Assembly: GCF_902652985.1 (NCBI RefSeq)
Contig: NC_047018.1
Location: forward strand, 42,904,001-42,968,000
Length of the DNA stretch: 64,000 bases
Reading direction: 5' to 3'
From: Pecten maximus
Lineage: Eukaryota
The notes beneath the pieces were generated by a model. The model saw only the letters and a list, made by a program, of their open reading frames with translations. It ran no database searches and was not told the origin of the DNA. The first letter of the stretch is position 1, and each line of letters starts with the position of its first letter. Shown here piece after piece: positions 24,826 to 37,143 of the stretch. Position numbers and translations under genes: made by a program.

Positions 24826-26488
24826 ATTATCATGTGTTGTACACTGATACCAGCTACCAGGAGAAAGGACATTTTAGTAAGTTTCCAGAAGTTAAATTTC
24901 TAAAGTTACCAGCAAGTTACCAAAAAGTGTGTGAAATCTATGTAGAATGACAGTCGGTTATGTGCAGTTTGAATTTTTATGTTGATTCATCTTAAAATAC
25001 TGATATTTTGTATATTTATGTCAAGTACATCATTCATTGGTGAAATTTAAAGGATTATTCAAAATCAATGGAAAGTAGGCATCTGAAATGTGTTTCAAGT
25101 TGTAAAATTTGTTAAGCTACTAGAACATGTACACCAGATATGTGGAATTTACCATGTATGTATAGCTATAGAATGTGGGTGGTGTATGTGCAGTTTGAAA
25201 ATTTTGTTATGTTGATTTAACTCAAGATATTGACATTTTGTATACAGCTCACATGTCTTATATATAAAGTGTATGCATGAATTATTTAACTTCCATGTGT
25301 ACATGTGGAGGATTAAATTAGCAATATCAGTGTCAGAAGATAAGACATTTTATTTATAATAAATTACTAAGTATTCATGATCAGCTGTGATATTGTTCAA
25401 CACTGGAAATTAGGTGTTTTCAAGTACCTATATATTGTGATTAATTAATAATCTCAGGTAAAACATCTTTCTTGCCTTATTAAAAAACTTTTGAAAGTCA
25501 TGATTTTTCTTTAGCAACACACAAGTAGGAGTTGTATGCATTTACTGGTACAATAGAACCAGCTAATAATGGGTGTATAGATAAATAATTTGTGAAATAT
25601 ATACAGACCTATGAAAGGTAGGAGTGGGTATTGCAAACAATTTTCATATCGCAATATAATGCAGTCTTTAAAGGAATATGTGATATATCATGCAAGTATA
25701 TTCAAGGTTTCAATATAGAATTATCTTGAAGTGTACATATCCAAAATTCTGCTGTTGAAATCCCTCAAATAGTTGTTGAATTTTGCTGCAATATATTCAA
25801 ATATTGAAAATCATATCATGATCACAATCTCACTGAAAAATATTGCAATAGATATATGAGTTTTGCAATATAATTGCCCACCCTCAATCAAGATACACAA
25901 GACACATTAAATCTCAGAGGAATATTTTCATATAAAAATTTAACACATACACTGTATTTGAAATAATAATATTTTAATATACCAGGCAATATAAGGATAC
26001 AGTTAGGTAGATAAAGATGAAATATTTGACATGCATCACATTTATCTGTGTCTAATGTATTAACATTACCACATGTGTGGCCTGCCTCCTTACACTGCAG
26101 GGAAGGATTCAGCTGACCTTTTCTGGGGGAAGATGACCTGGGGTAATTGACACCTAAAGGCTATGGCGTGAAACATCTCCAATAGCTACATCAACAAAAA
26201 AATTGCTTCGCAAATTTTTCACTCACTTTCTCCCTCATTTCTGGTGTAGAAAAATGAGGGAGATCTCCCTCATTGAATGTTTCAGAGGTTGACATGTCTG
26301 TATCAGTACTAGTTAGCTTAAGGCTTTAGAATACATAAGGAAGGGTTTTCCTTTCTAGGTTGCCTGTTGTATAAAATGTATAAAAAATAGTTCATCAATA
26401 AAAATGAACGTGTAATAACATCATTATTAGTTGTAAATTTGTATTGTACATAAGCCATTTGTAAATATTTGTTTACGGTTACAGTTAA

Positions 26489-29235
26489 TTAATCACCAAG
26501 CGTTTGATTAATAATGTCCATCACTGAACTTGCAATCCTTTGATCAAATATGTACTCTGACAATAGGTCCTCTATACTACCTATATATTGAACATTGTTC
26601 GTAATGGAGTCAATCAATGAAACACTGAGTCCAGTTGAAATATCTGTGTTCAATAGAGATGGAACACTGTTCTCCTCTACCAGCATTTGTCTATATTCGT
26701 GTAGGTTGACGGAAATTTCTTTTTGTTGAGATTCCGACACAACATGACACACCACTGTTGAAGCTGCTGCACACAAATCATTATCTTCTTCTAAGTCTGA
26801 AAGAAGGGCAGTATGTAAATCTGGACAATTTGAGCACTTACAGTTTCTGTAGCAATTATCACAACATAAATGTTGTGGATTAATTTGCATATTAATGCTG
26901 ACATCTGGAGTAAAGTGTTCTTGTAACAAAACACGCCGACAGGTATCTGCAGTTGCATATGACCTCATCTTGTCATCTGTTGAAGTTTTGCTAATGTCCA
27001 TTCCATGATAATACAAAACAGACATAGCACTTCCTCCATCCCGACCACTCCTTCCGAATTCCTGCATAAACCCTTCAATAGACCTTGAAGCCCCCCAGTG
27101 AATAACCATATTGATGTCGGGCACATTGACTCCTAAGCCGAAAGCTGAGGTGCAAATTACAATCCTACAAGTACTGTCAGGATTTGGAAAGTTATCCATG
27201 ATGATCTTCTTACATTTTGTTGAGGTTGAATGGTGATACATGGCAAATAACCGGTTTTTTGCACATTTAGTTCCACAATATGCAAGGTCTCCCATAATAT
27301 CTGTAAACAGTTTAAATAAAAGTGAACATGATTTTATGCTGCGACAATATATGACAGTCTTTGGATACTGCTGCTTTTCTGTCCTAAGGCGTTCAACTAA
27401 CCACAGGAATGCTGCTTTAGGATCATATGGTGCTTTAACACAATTTAGGGTAATGTTTTGTCTGTTACAGTTTCCGACAATCACACTTGCTTGTTCCATA
27501 CAGAGCTTTTTCTTTATTAACATTCGGGAATTTGGTGAAGCCGTGGCTGTCAAAGCCAGCATACCAGCTTTTGGTAAAATGCTTCTCAGCTCTGCTAATC
27601 TTCCATAATCCGTTCGGAATTCATCTCCCCTGAAAATAATCAAGATAAAGCTCAACAGTGTTATCATTACAACAGCATTTATACCACAATTTGGAAGAAT
27701 TATATAGAACAGGAGTTCATTTCACTTAGAAATTTAGAGAATTCTTAGAATAACAAGCATTGTGTGAGTATTGCTAAACCAATACATGTCCCCTACCGGC
27801 ACATATACATATATATATATATATATATATACCTTTAGCCAAATTTCAGTAAAAATGTTTACAAAACTGAAGCATGATCATTTTATAGAAATAAGTTCAC
27901 TCCAAACAATGTGTAAATTCAACTTAATGTTTCCTGCCCCTAAAAGATACTCCGGTATTAAGTCTACTGTATAAAGAGTAAAAGAATCTAAAGTGAATTA
28001 TTTCAATTTAAATTGAAATGTGTAATAACAGCCTTAGATTGACATATAAACATGATTATGCATAGCACAGCATAGTAGTACACTGATTTTATTCCAAAAG
28101 AATCTCATATCAGTGAAGCATTCATTACAGAGCAAATTTAAGTTCATAATATGCCAAAATTTAAAAAAAATGAAAATATTTTTTTTCAGTTTTAACTGTA
28201 CAAAGAATCAGCATCCTTATACCATTATTAAGTGAATGGTGTGCCATTATAAAACTTTAACCTAAAAAATACAGAGAAAAAAGTTTTAACCATACAAAAG
28301 TAATGCCACACACCGAAAGAATCTCTATGCAAATTAAAGAATCAGCATCCTTATACCATCATTATACCATTATACCATCATTATACCATCATTAAGTGAA
28401 TGGTGTACATGTGCCATATAAAACTTTAACCAAGACTTTAACCGGACGGACGGACGCAGGCAAAACATATATAGTCCCCCAGGTTTCACCCGTAGGGGAC
28501 TAAAAATAAATGTTCTTTTTATTGGGCATGCTACTAGCAATGTTATGTAGAATTTCATATCACTTACCATTGTTCTACACAGTGTGCTTCATCAACAACA
28601 ATGGCTGCAACTCTAGTCTGATATGTTTCGGAAGAAAACAGCTGTCTCCATTCCCCGTGGAAAAGGGCTTCTGGGCTCATCATCAAAATCGGGACTGTTC
28701 CATTTTTCAGCTCTGTATCAGTTTCTGAAGCAGAATGGGTAAATTTACTAAATGTGGTTTTATAAAATTCATTTAAAAGTAGATCTATTACTGTATAGTT
28801 TGACGTTCTGTCAACAATAACAATGCATTAATCATACTGTATCTACTATAACAGGCATAACTTTTGAAATATCGGAAACTCATTCGAGCACAAGCACATG
28901 TAATGTAACTCACCTCTTGTTTGCTGTTTACTTGCGTATACACAGCGGATCCCACTAGCTTCAATATTGACAACCTGGTCTTCCATCAGAGCAACCAGTG
29001 GGGAAACAACGATAACAATACTGTCAGTTTTGCTTTCATATGCATCCACCAGAGTTGGTATAAGCGAATAGATGATAGTTTTCCCATATCCTGTCGGTAA
29101 CACTGCTAAAACGTCTTTCTTACTCATAACGACATCCTTCAGAATAGCGAGCTGCAAATCTTTCAGTTGGAAATCGATGTTTCTTTGCACAAGCGTGAAC
29201 TCCAGAGCTTCTTGAAACTTTCTCTCAGTCGCCAT
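26489..29235 (-). CDS. RecQ-like SF2 helicase of AcademH, 3 exons: 29235-28914, 28724-28568, 27629-26489; ~539 aa
   Basis: LPTGYGKT (motif I), VSPLVALMEDQ, spliced DEAHCVEQW/GDEFR, ALTATA, TSAFGLGVN, QEFGRSGRDG, RQC-like CRR...CCDNC; GT-AG introns, 1620 nt in frame. Confidence 0.92.
27752..28507 (-). mobile_element. Helentron-like non-autonomous element (HINE) in helicase intron 2, copy 1
   Basis: Mirror of 45398-46155. Confidence 0.55.
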
Positions 29236-29320
29236 TTTGTTTGTTTTCTTTATTTTGTGGGTGTGTAGCTGTCAGCCAATGAAAAACTTTACCGATTTTT
29301 CGGTAAGCCTCGTTTTGGTA

Positions 29321-29404
29321 TCACAAAATTCAAATAGCAATCTGACCAGACTCTCGTTTGAGGCAGTCTCGAGCGAGGACGAGAGTCTGGGGAATGCGAG
29401 ACTA
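29321..29404 (-). repeat. AcademH TIR (84 bp), helicase end of copy 1
   Basis: Reverse complement of 44501-44584. Confidence 0.95.
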
Positions 29405-30218
29405 CTCTCTTTTGCGTTTTGAGCGAGACTCGACTTTTTGAATGCTCCAAAATGATATTATATTATATCAACATATATTATATCATTATATTTCTATGCT
29501 GGTTTAAATAAAATAAGAGCTGAAATATCTTTGTGGAAAAAATCTTCACTCCTTTTTAATTTTTATGTTAAACACCCGAATTTCTGCTGTATTCAAAACA
29601 TTTCAACAATTTAATTCAAAACATTTCAAAACGCATATAAAAATATTGACGATAACTGCCTCTGTTCGGCCGGAAATACAAATAAAGTATGTTCCCTCGT
29701 ATAAGTGATAAACGCTCAACAAGTCAGTCTACATACCGTCCTTATAGTGATACAAATAGTCTTCATACCGTGCTTTTTAGTTATTTAAGTGATACAAACA
29801 GTCTACATACCGTGCTTTATAGTGATAGGGTTGTGAATTCACAACTGACTGTTCTTTTCGAGGCTAAAACAAAAACAAAAACTAGTAAACAACTGATTTC
29901 TATTAATACAAAAGGAGTGATCAAATGAATTATATCAAATCATCATATTGATTTTAATGTTCCAGAAATGGTAAAGTAGAGACTGACTAAGATTCGAAAC
30001 CTGAATCCTTGGCTCTTAAAAGTCACTGTCGATCGACAAGATCATTAACGTGTAGTAAACTAATAAAATGAGTTAAATCTAATGTTAGCTGAAATTGATT
30101 ATATTTGGTTGTTTTATTCAAAACTTTTACCTTCATTTCTACTTATGAAAATAACAATAATGCAAAGCATAGTATAAAGTAAACATTTTGGCTTTATTGT
30201 ACACCTATCAACCTAACA

Positions 30219-30764
30219 TCATAACCCAATGTGGCAATGCACTGAAAAAATGAGACGGTTATTATGACATGTCATATCTAGATAGTTACAATTTTTTAAC
30301 AATAGCATTGGGGATATGGCAGTTTTACATGACTGCGCCATACCTAGTTGTTCACGCTTAACACCTGTTAGTAAATGACGAATACTCCAAGCTGCTAAGG
30401 GGTCAGACAGACCCTGTGATTTATGGAGAATGGATATAATATTCAAATAGCTCTTTATAGAACTAAATTTAAAGTATTTCACATCTACTAAGTAAGCAAT
30501 GTACAGCTCAATAGTAGAAGAGTCAGCTGGTACACTCTGGTACGTGTAGGTTTCACAAAACTGTTGGTAAGTCCTCAGGTGAGTGTTGTAGGTAGCCGCA
30601 GTGGAATTAGCCCACCCCTTGTCGAGAAGGCGTGTTACGGTTTGTTTCAGTTTGTCTCTGTCTCCTCCAATTGGAACACCACCTGGCAACAATAAATACG
30701 GGCGACATATGGTTAGCGAGGTCATACAAACTAAAGTTTTTTCGCGGACTAAAAACATGTTCAT
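30219..30764 (-). pseudogene. Tyrosine recombinase, N-terminal part (catalytic C-terminus missing)
   Basis: ANSTAATYNTHLRTYQQFC...LYIAYL...SSIKSYLNIISILHK...LLTGVKRE...KTAISP, typical of DIRS YR N-terminal region. Confidence 0.75.
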
Positions 30765-30951
30765 ATAGACGTGTTAACTGACCAGGTTCATGTAGTCTTG
30801 AGGCGCTATCAGCTATATAAGTCAAAGTTATAGTAAGCTGATAGCCAAAATAGAATACGCAAAAAAAATACATTTTTTGAGGAACCCTTGTTGATTATAC
30901 ATTTTGTTGTCATATTGTCTGTTGAAACAATCACTTTTTTGTTAGCCCATC

Positions 30952-31534
30952 TCAATGCACTACCGACACAGTTTCCTTCACGTTGATATGTTCACCAGCA
31001 ATGTATGGTAGATCCAATAGCCAGTTAACGTAAAAATAATCTCCCAGGTAGTAGCCACCAGCACCGACAGTGCAAGCATCTGTTTGTAGCTCGGTAACTG
31101 GTCGAGCATCAAGGAAAAGTACAGATCCATTGAATATATCCATGAACTGAATCCACCAGTCTAAGTCATCATAGAACATATTCGACAACAAAACTTTGGC
31201 CGATCCCTTTGTTTGTTGAGGTATCATGTTGATAATTCGTCGTAAAAAGGTCCTACCACCTTTAACAACCATACAGGCCCAGTTCAATTTTCCACAAAGT
31301 GATTGTAACTGTCGTACACTCGCACGTTTACGCGTTTTAAACGATGATAACAACTGTCTGAAGTCCTGCAGCTTATTTTCCGGCATACTTAAAGTTAATT
31401 CTGAAGTGTTTATCTCGATGCCAAGGAAAACAATCTTCTGTGTGGGACCATCAATTTTTTTCCAACTAATGTTAAAACCCAAGTAGCGAAGTGTTTTGAG
31501 TAGAATAGCGAGAGCACGACTGCATTGTTCTAAG
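30952..31534 (-). pseudogene. DIRS RT C-terminus and RNase H
   Basis: LGFNISWKK..PTQKIVFLGIEI, LQSLCGKLNW, DLDWW, TDACTVGAGG, HINVKE; joins in frame to YLDDFLIIEDT when the Gypsy is removed. Confidence 0.85.
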
Positions 31535-31538
31535 GTGT

Positions 31539-32260
31539 TGTAGTAGAGTATTTGAACATTTCATTAATTAGTTAGCCAATAGGGCAGGGATAGAGAGCAA
31601 GTGATGTAGAGAGCAAGTGATGCATGCGAGGTCAGAGATAAGGAGATGTGTAGTGGTCAGTGTGAGGTCAGTGTCTGTGAAAGGGAAAGTGACCAGACAG
31701 AGAACAGATGTGTTTTTATACAATATAAAATGCTTCATTAAATTAGTTATAGTAAGTTTAGAATGATGTATGATGTATCCTTAGTTAGGATATTTTAGTG
31801 TAGTTTATATGATACAATTAGATTTAAAATATGATAGAGGATAAATGAATAGCAATCATTTTAGTGGCTTTTATAACATACATATGACATGTTTTTGATA
31901 CTTAAAGTTTGATAACTTTAATATTGTAAAGGTTATTATTATTTTAGAAGTTTATGGTAATAGAGTACAGAAAGCTGGTTATTATGATGTGTGTAAGGAT
32001 ATGTGTGACATTATAGTTAATTAGTAAGATAGGAATGAGTCCCGTGTGAGTTTAACATGAAAAGAATGAAAGCTTTCTGAGAGTAAGATTTGGAAGGGTG
32101 TCTTCGAGGAAGTACAAGTGGTTTAGATAAGAGTGACAGGAAAGTCTGAGTGAGGGAGATCAGCACGGAACATCAGGAGACGAAGTCAGAACTTGTATAA
32201 GAAGAACATGAATAAAGAAATTAAGAAGAACAACTCTTGTCAAGATTCCTCGTTATAACA
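31539..32260 (+). repeat. Gypsy 5' LTR (722 bp)
   Basis: TGTAGTAG...TTATAACA, near identical to 37770-38454. Confidence 0.95.
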
Positions 32261-32262
32261 TT

Positions 32263-32273
32263 TGGTGGAGAAT
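32263..32273 (+). promoter_or_regulatory. Primer-binding site, probably tRNA-Ala
   Basis: TGGTGGAGAAT two bases after the 5' LTR, complementary to a ...AUUCUCCACCA tRNA 3' end as in tRNA-Ala(AGC). Confidence 0.7.
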
Positions 32274-32340
32274 TGAAGATCTGGTACCTTATTTAGAAAA
32301 GAAAAAAATTTGGAACAAGAAGAATCAACAAAAGAAAAAA

Positions 32341-33114
32341 ATGTCAAACACCAACGGAATAGAAATGTCGCTGATCCAACCATTCAACGGCCAATCTTCA
32401 GCGGACGCCAAAATGTGGATTGCCAGATTTGAGCTCTTCGTAAAAACGAAGGGATTTAATGCAAACAAGGCCAAATCTGTCCTTCCACTAATGCTGAAAG
32501 ATGGAGCTCTAAGGTGGTACATGAGCCTACCTGATGAGATCAAAGATGATTATGACAGCCTTACAGATGCATTTATGCAAAGATATGGGCCTGACGAAAA
32601 CACAAAATGGCAAAGAACTGCACAGCTATATCAAACAAAGCAATCTCCTGGACAGACAGTGGAAGACTTCATAACACTAGTAACAAGCAAGGGACAAGAT
32701 GTAGGCCTGTCAGAAGAACAAACCCAGCAGGTCATCATAAATGGTCTGAAAGCCAACATCAGGCAATTTGTACTACAGAACAATCCGCAGAATATGGAGG
32801 ATTTGCGTCGATGGGCAAAACTGGGTGAACTGACCTGCTCAGATGAAAATGAGCAACACCATGAGGTTGTCGCCGCGATTACTCGCCTTGAAGAACAGCT
32901 ACAAGCCTTGTCAGTGCAAGCTGCACAAGGAGCATGGAACAACAATAAAGGAAGTCAGAACCAACGACAAAGTCAGCGAAAATGTGGATTCTGTGGAAGG
33001 GACTGGCATGAGCAACTAACGAACTGTCCAGCAAGGGGCAAAACATGTGCCAAATGTAAGAAACAGAACCATTTTGCGAGAGTCTGCAGATCAGCGCCAA
33101 TAACAGAACAATGA
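32341..33114 (+). CDS. gag: Gag with CCHC zinc knuckle
   Basis: LKDGALRWY, Q.PGQTVEDF, IINGLK, CAKCKKQNHFARVC. Confidence 0.92.
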   Translation: MSNTNGIEMSLIQPFNGQSSADAKMWIARFELFVKTKGFNANKAKSVLPLMLKDGALRWYMSLPDEIKDDYDSLTDAFMQRYGPDENTKWQRTAQLYQTKQSPGQTVEDFITLVTSKGQDVGLSEEQTQQVIINGLKANIRQFVLQNNPQNMEDLRRWAKLGELTCSDENEQHHEVVAAITRLEEQLQALSVQAAQGAWNNNKGSQNQRQSQRKCGFCGRDWHEQLTNCPARGKTCAKCKKQNHFARVCRSAPITEQ

Positions 33115-36100
33115 CTATCAGCAGGGAAACCAGAGACGGCAATGACATTGAAAACCAACATGAGGAAAAACATAGTACAGACAGTTATTAACAACGTGCA
33201 AACAGATTGTTTAATAGACACTGGTGCATCCATTTTATGTATTTCAAAATGTGAACTTCAGAAAATTTATGGATGCATTCCAAAATTTGGCCCACCTGCT
33301 ATACCATTCATAATTGGTGTTAATGGATACAAGCAAGTATCAGCGGGAACAATCACCATACCTCTGACCATCAATAGGCTATGCGTCACTCACTTGTTTC
33401 ATGTGTTCGAAAACTTACACTGTAACCTTATACTGGGATTAGACTTCTTGGAGAGGAACAAAGCTACAATCGACCTAGCCAACAACACCTTATCCTTATA
33501 TGATGGACTAACTATTGCTGCTTTGCGAATTGACGAGGATACCAATTCTCGGCTAGCCAGAACTGTGGCTCGCGTGTCCATACCACCTCAGTCGGAGTGT
33601 AACATCACTGTTAAAACAAAAAGGATTGCTAAACAGCCAGTATTGTTACAACCACTGTCACACCTTCCAAGTGCCAGCAACTTGTTAGCAGCCAGGTCTG
33701 TTAATACAATCTCTCAAAATGGCTACACCACTGCAAGATTGATGAACCCAACAAAAAAAGTAATTACTTTACGACCAGGAAAACCAGTTTGCTCTGTGCA
33801 AAGACTTGGAAATGATGACATTTGCGACAGTATTGATGAAGAAACAAAAGAAAACACTTCCAGTGAACCAAAAGGTGACAGTAATAATCAGGAAAGACAA
33901 AAGAATGTGAGGATCGCACAAGAACTGAAATTTGATTTAAGTACTTCTGATCTGGATAAGGCAGGAAAGGACAAACTTTTGGAATTTTTGGGAAAGAACA
34001 GAGATGTGTTTGCAAATAACCTTTCTGAATTGGGATGTACAGACATTTATCACCACAAAATTGACACTGGAAAAGCAGCACCTGTTAGACAGCGATTTTA
34101 CAAAACTAATCCAGTTCAAAAAGCTGAAATTGACCAGCAAGTGCGAGATATGTTAGACAATGACATAATAGAACCATCAACATCACCGTGGCATTCTCCA
34201 GTGGTTCTAGTGAAAAAGAAGTCTGGAGACTATAGATTTGCAGTGGACTTTCGTCGACTCAACAAACTAACTAAGCCTGAAGTGTTTCCCCTACCGAGAT
34301 TAGATGACATATTAGAAACTATTGGTGAATCTTCTGCACAATATTTTTCTGTTTTGGATATGGCATCAGGATTTTGGCAAATTCCTCTGGATCCATCAAC
34401 AAAGGAAAAATCTACATTTATTACACCCAATGGGCTTTACCAATTCAAGAAGCTCCCTTTTGGCCTTTGCAATGCTCCAATGAGTTTCCAGATGGTAATG
34501 ACTCAAGTTCTCAGAGGTATATCCTGGAAATATGCTGTGTGCTATATTGATGACATTCTTGTGTTTAGCAATAGCTTTGAACAACACATGAAGGATTTAC
34601 AGTCTGTGTTTGACAGAATGAGGAAGGCAAACCTCAAGTTTAAGCCTTCAAAATGTCAGTTTGCAACCAAGCAAGGTAAATACCTTGGACACATCATCAC
34701 AAAAGATGGCATCAAGGTCGACACAGATAAAGTAAACACTGTTACTGAGTTTCCCCAACCGACAGATGTTCATGGAGTTCGGAGTTTCCTAGGACTCTGC
34801 AATTACTACAGGAAATTTATTAAACATTATAGTGAAATTGCTGCTCCTTTGAACAAGCTTTTGCAAAGTAAGGTGCAGTTTGAATGGACAGACAAGTGTG
34901 CAACATCTTTTCAGCATCTGAAAACTGCTATGACTACAACACCGGTACTGGCATACCCCAACATGAACTGTTCGTTCATCTTATCAACAGATGCGTCCGG
35001 TGAGGCAATAAGCTACATACTCGGTCAAAAAGATGATCACGGGAATGAACATCCAGTCGCTTATGGAGGTAGAGCTCTACGCCCATCAGAGAAAAAGTGG
35101 TCCATCACTGAGCGTGAATGTTTAGCTCTTGTAGAAGGAGTACGGCATTATAGACATTTCCTGGAACACCAACACTTCACAGTGATAACAGATCATGCAG
35201 CATTAAAATGGCTCAAGGACATCAAACATTCCACTGGAAGGCTATGCAGATGGAGCATGTTACTACAAGGATTTCAATATGAGGTAAAACACAAACCAGG
35301 AAAGAACCATAGTAATGCTGATGCCTTGTCCAGAACCCAATACAAACCTGAAGATGAAAGTCAGGAATGTTTACAAGTGACAATAGAGTATGGGCAGCCA
35401 GGGAATGTCACCCCAAATGACCCTACAGTAACTCATGTGTACAGTGTTAGTGAGCAGACAGCTGATAAGGGCTTTATACTGTCCCTCACTGAGAACCGCC
35501 TGGAGGAAGTTAAACAGCTGCAGACACAGTGTCCTGAATTGGCCCCAATTAAACTTTATCTCCAGTGTGGTCAGCTTCCAGACAACAAGCAATCATCCAT
35601 TAAAGTTGTGGCTGAAAGTCAGCAATACACTATTCTCAATGGAATCTTATATCACCTCTGGAATCAAAGAGCTAGAAAGTTACCAATGGAAACAAGAATA
35701 AAAAGACAATTAGCTATTCCGTCTGCTCTACGAGGAGAAATAATGAAAAGTTGTCATGATTCGAAAACAGGTGGTGCTCATCAAGGATTTGATAGGACAT
35801 ACAGCATGATTAGTGCTAGATACTACTGGCCAAAAATGTACTCCCAGATACATGACTATGTAGAAAGTTGCGAGCAATGCCAGCAAGCAAAGACTCCAAC
35901 ACGTCATGCTACAGCACCTCTACATCATTTACCTCAGGTGTCAACCTTCGAGCGTTGGCATATGGATATTTTGGGACCATTAACACCAACTCCTGAGAAA
36001 TATCAATACATTCTCTTGTGTGTGGACAGTTTTTCACGTTTTATGGAGGCTTTCCCTTTGAGAACACAGGAGGCAACAGAGGAAGCAAATATTTTCTATA

Positions 36101-37143
36101 AGGAAATAATCTGCAGATATGGTGCCCCATCATCCTTAGTCACTGACAGAGGCCGGAACTTTATGTCAAACATAATGACACAACTCTGCAAACTTTTAGA
36201 TATCAAGAAATATGCTACCAGCGCTTACCATCCTCAGTCAAACAGTACATGCGAGCGCTTCAACCGTACTTTAGCACAGTCCATCAGAACATACATTGAT
36301 GACAAACAGGAGACATGGGCAGAATTATTACCAGGAATTTTGATGGCTTATAGGAAAACTGACTGTACAAAATCAACACAGTTCTCTCCCTTTGAGCTTC
36401 TTTTTGGGAAGGAAATGAGGAGTCCTTTGGATGTTTCACTGGATCTAACCAACAGCTCTTCCAAGTTCAGCAAGCCTACCAGTGAATACTTAGAACATTT
36501 TCAACAAAAACTGGAGTTAACACGACAAATAGCCAGCGAAAACATATCTGCAAGCCAAAAGACATACAAAACACAATATGATATGTCAAGGAAAGCAAAG
36601 GATCCATGTTTTGAAATAGGACAAAGAGTGTGGTTACATAATCCCAAAGTGCCTCTGAAAAAGTCTGCGAAACTGCATTGTAAATGGACAGGGCCGTACT
36701 ATATTTCAGACTTGGGACCAAATCACACGTACAAGCTCCACAACTGCACAACCCACAAAACCATGAAAGCTTTGGTACATGCCAACAGACTGAAGCTTTA
36801 CCATGATCCAAATCGACGGGAGGAGCAGTATCCTAGCATACAACAGGACCCAACAGAGGATGTCACACCCTCACAAGGAAACAATCCGGGAGGCGTACAT
36901 ACTCAGCCGGACAATACTCCCAAAGATACCAGCCAGGAATGGGGAATCGTAGACAAGATTTTAGCTTCCAGTCGACATAGAGGCTGTAAAGTGTACAAAG
37001 TAAAGTGGAGAGACCATTCAAAAACAACATGGGAACCCGTGGATAATTTACCAGAATTTCTAGTGCGCGAATTCCACATAAACAGAACACAGAAAGGAAA
37101 GGTCAGAAAAGGTAAGAAGAAAGTTACCAGTCATAACGGTTAA
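33115..37143 (+). CDS. pol: Pol: protease, RT, RNase H, integrase, chromodomain (in frame with gag)
   Basis: LIDTGA; LDMASGFWQI, LPFGL, YIDD; TDASG, ERECLA, TDH; HHCC, MDILGP, TDRGRNF, CERFN, GPY; C-terminal VDKIL...YKVKW...TWEP..NL. Confidence 0.95.
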   Translation, partial: LSAGKPETAMTLKTNMRKNIVQTVINNVQTDCLIDTGASILCISKCELQKIYGCIPKFGPPAIPFIIGVNGYKQVSAGTITIPLTINRLCVTHLFHVFENLHCNLILGLDFLERNKATIDLANNTLSLYDGLTIAALRIDEDTNSRLARTVARVSIPPQSECNITVKTKRIAKQPVLLQPLSHLPSASNLLAARSVNTISQNGYTTARLMNPTKKVITLRPGKPVCSVQRLGNDDICDSIDEETKENTSSEPKGDSNNQERQKNVRIAQELKFDLSTSDLDKAGKDKLLEFLGKNRDVFANNLSELGCTDIYHHKIDTGKAAPVRQRFYKTNPVQKAEIDQQVRDMLDNDIIEPSTSPWHSPVVLVKKKSGDYRFAVDFRRLNKLTKPEVFPLPRLDDILETIGESSAQYFSVLDMASGFWQIPLDPSTKEKSTFITPNGLYQFKKLPFGLCNAPMSFQMVMTQVLRGISWKYAVCYIDDILVFSNSFEQHMKDLQSVFDRMRKANLKFKPSKCQFATKQGKYLGHIITKDGIKVDTDKVNTVTEFPQPTDVHGVRSFLGLCNYYRKFIKHYSEIAAPLNKLLQSKVQFEWTDKCATSFQHLKTAMTTTPVLAYPNMNCSFILSTDASGEAISYILGQKDDHGNEHPVAYGGRALRPSEKKWSITERECLALVEGVRHYRHFLEHQHFTVITDHAALKWLKDIKHSTGRLCRWSMLLQGFQYEVKHKPGKNHSNADALSRTQYKPEDESQECLQVTIEYGQPGNVTPNDPTVTHVYSVSEQTADKGFILSLTENRLEEVKQLQTQCPELAPIKLYLQCGQLPDNKQSSIKVVAESQQYTILNGILYHLWNQRARKLPMETRIKRQLAIPSALRGEIMKSCHDSKTGGAHQGFDRTYSMISARYYWPKMYSQIHDYVESCEQCQQAKTPTRHATAPLHHLPQVSTFERWHMDILGPLTPTPEKYQYILLCVDSFSRFMEAFPLRTQEATEEANIFYKEIICRYGAPSSLVTDRGRNFMSNIMTQLCKLLDIKKYATSAYHPQSNSTCERFNRTLAQSIRTYIDDKQETWAELLPGILMAYRKTDCTKSTQFSPFELLFGKEMRSPLDVSLDLTNSSSKFSKPTSEYLEHFQQKLELTRQIASENISASQKTYKTQYDMSRKAKDPCFEIGQRVWLHNPKVPLKKSAKLHCKWTGPYYISDLGPNHTYKLHNCTTHKTMKALVHANRLKLYHDPNRREEQYPSIQQDPTEDVTPSQGNNPGGVHTQPDNTPKDTSQEWGIVDKILASSRHRGCKVYKVKWRDHSKTTWEPVDNLPEFLVREFHINRTQKGKVRKGKKKVTSHNG

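Larger units (their letters stand above)
18874..29404 (+). mobile_element. AcademH-type DNA transposon, copy 1 (outer 10 bp of left TIR deleted)
   Basis: TIRs (right end ...GCGAGACTA at 29404), convergent DUF6589-type transposase and RecQ-like helicase genes, 9-bp TSD sequences: the described AcademH architecture. Confidence 0.9.

Noticed and set aside
26489-29235. Host RecQ gene (RECQL/BLM/WRN)
   Set aside because: Lies inside TIRs beside a transposase, duplicated with it, and lacks host N-terminal extensions; no host symbol assigned.
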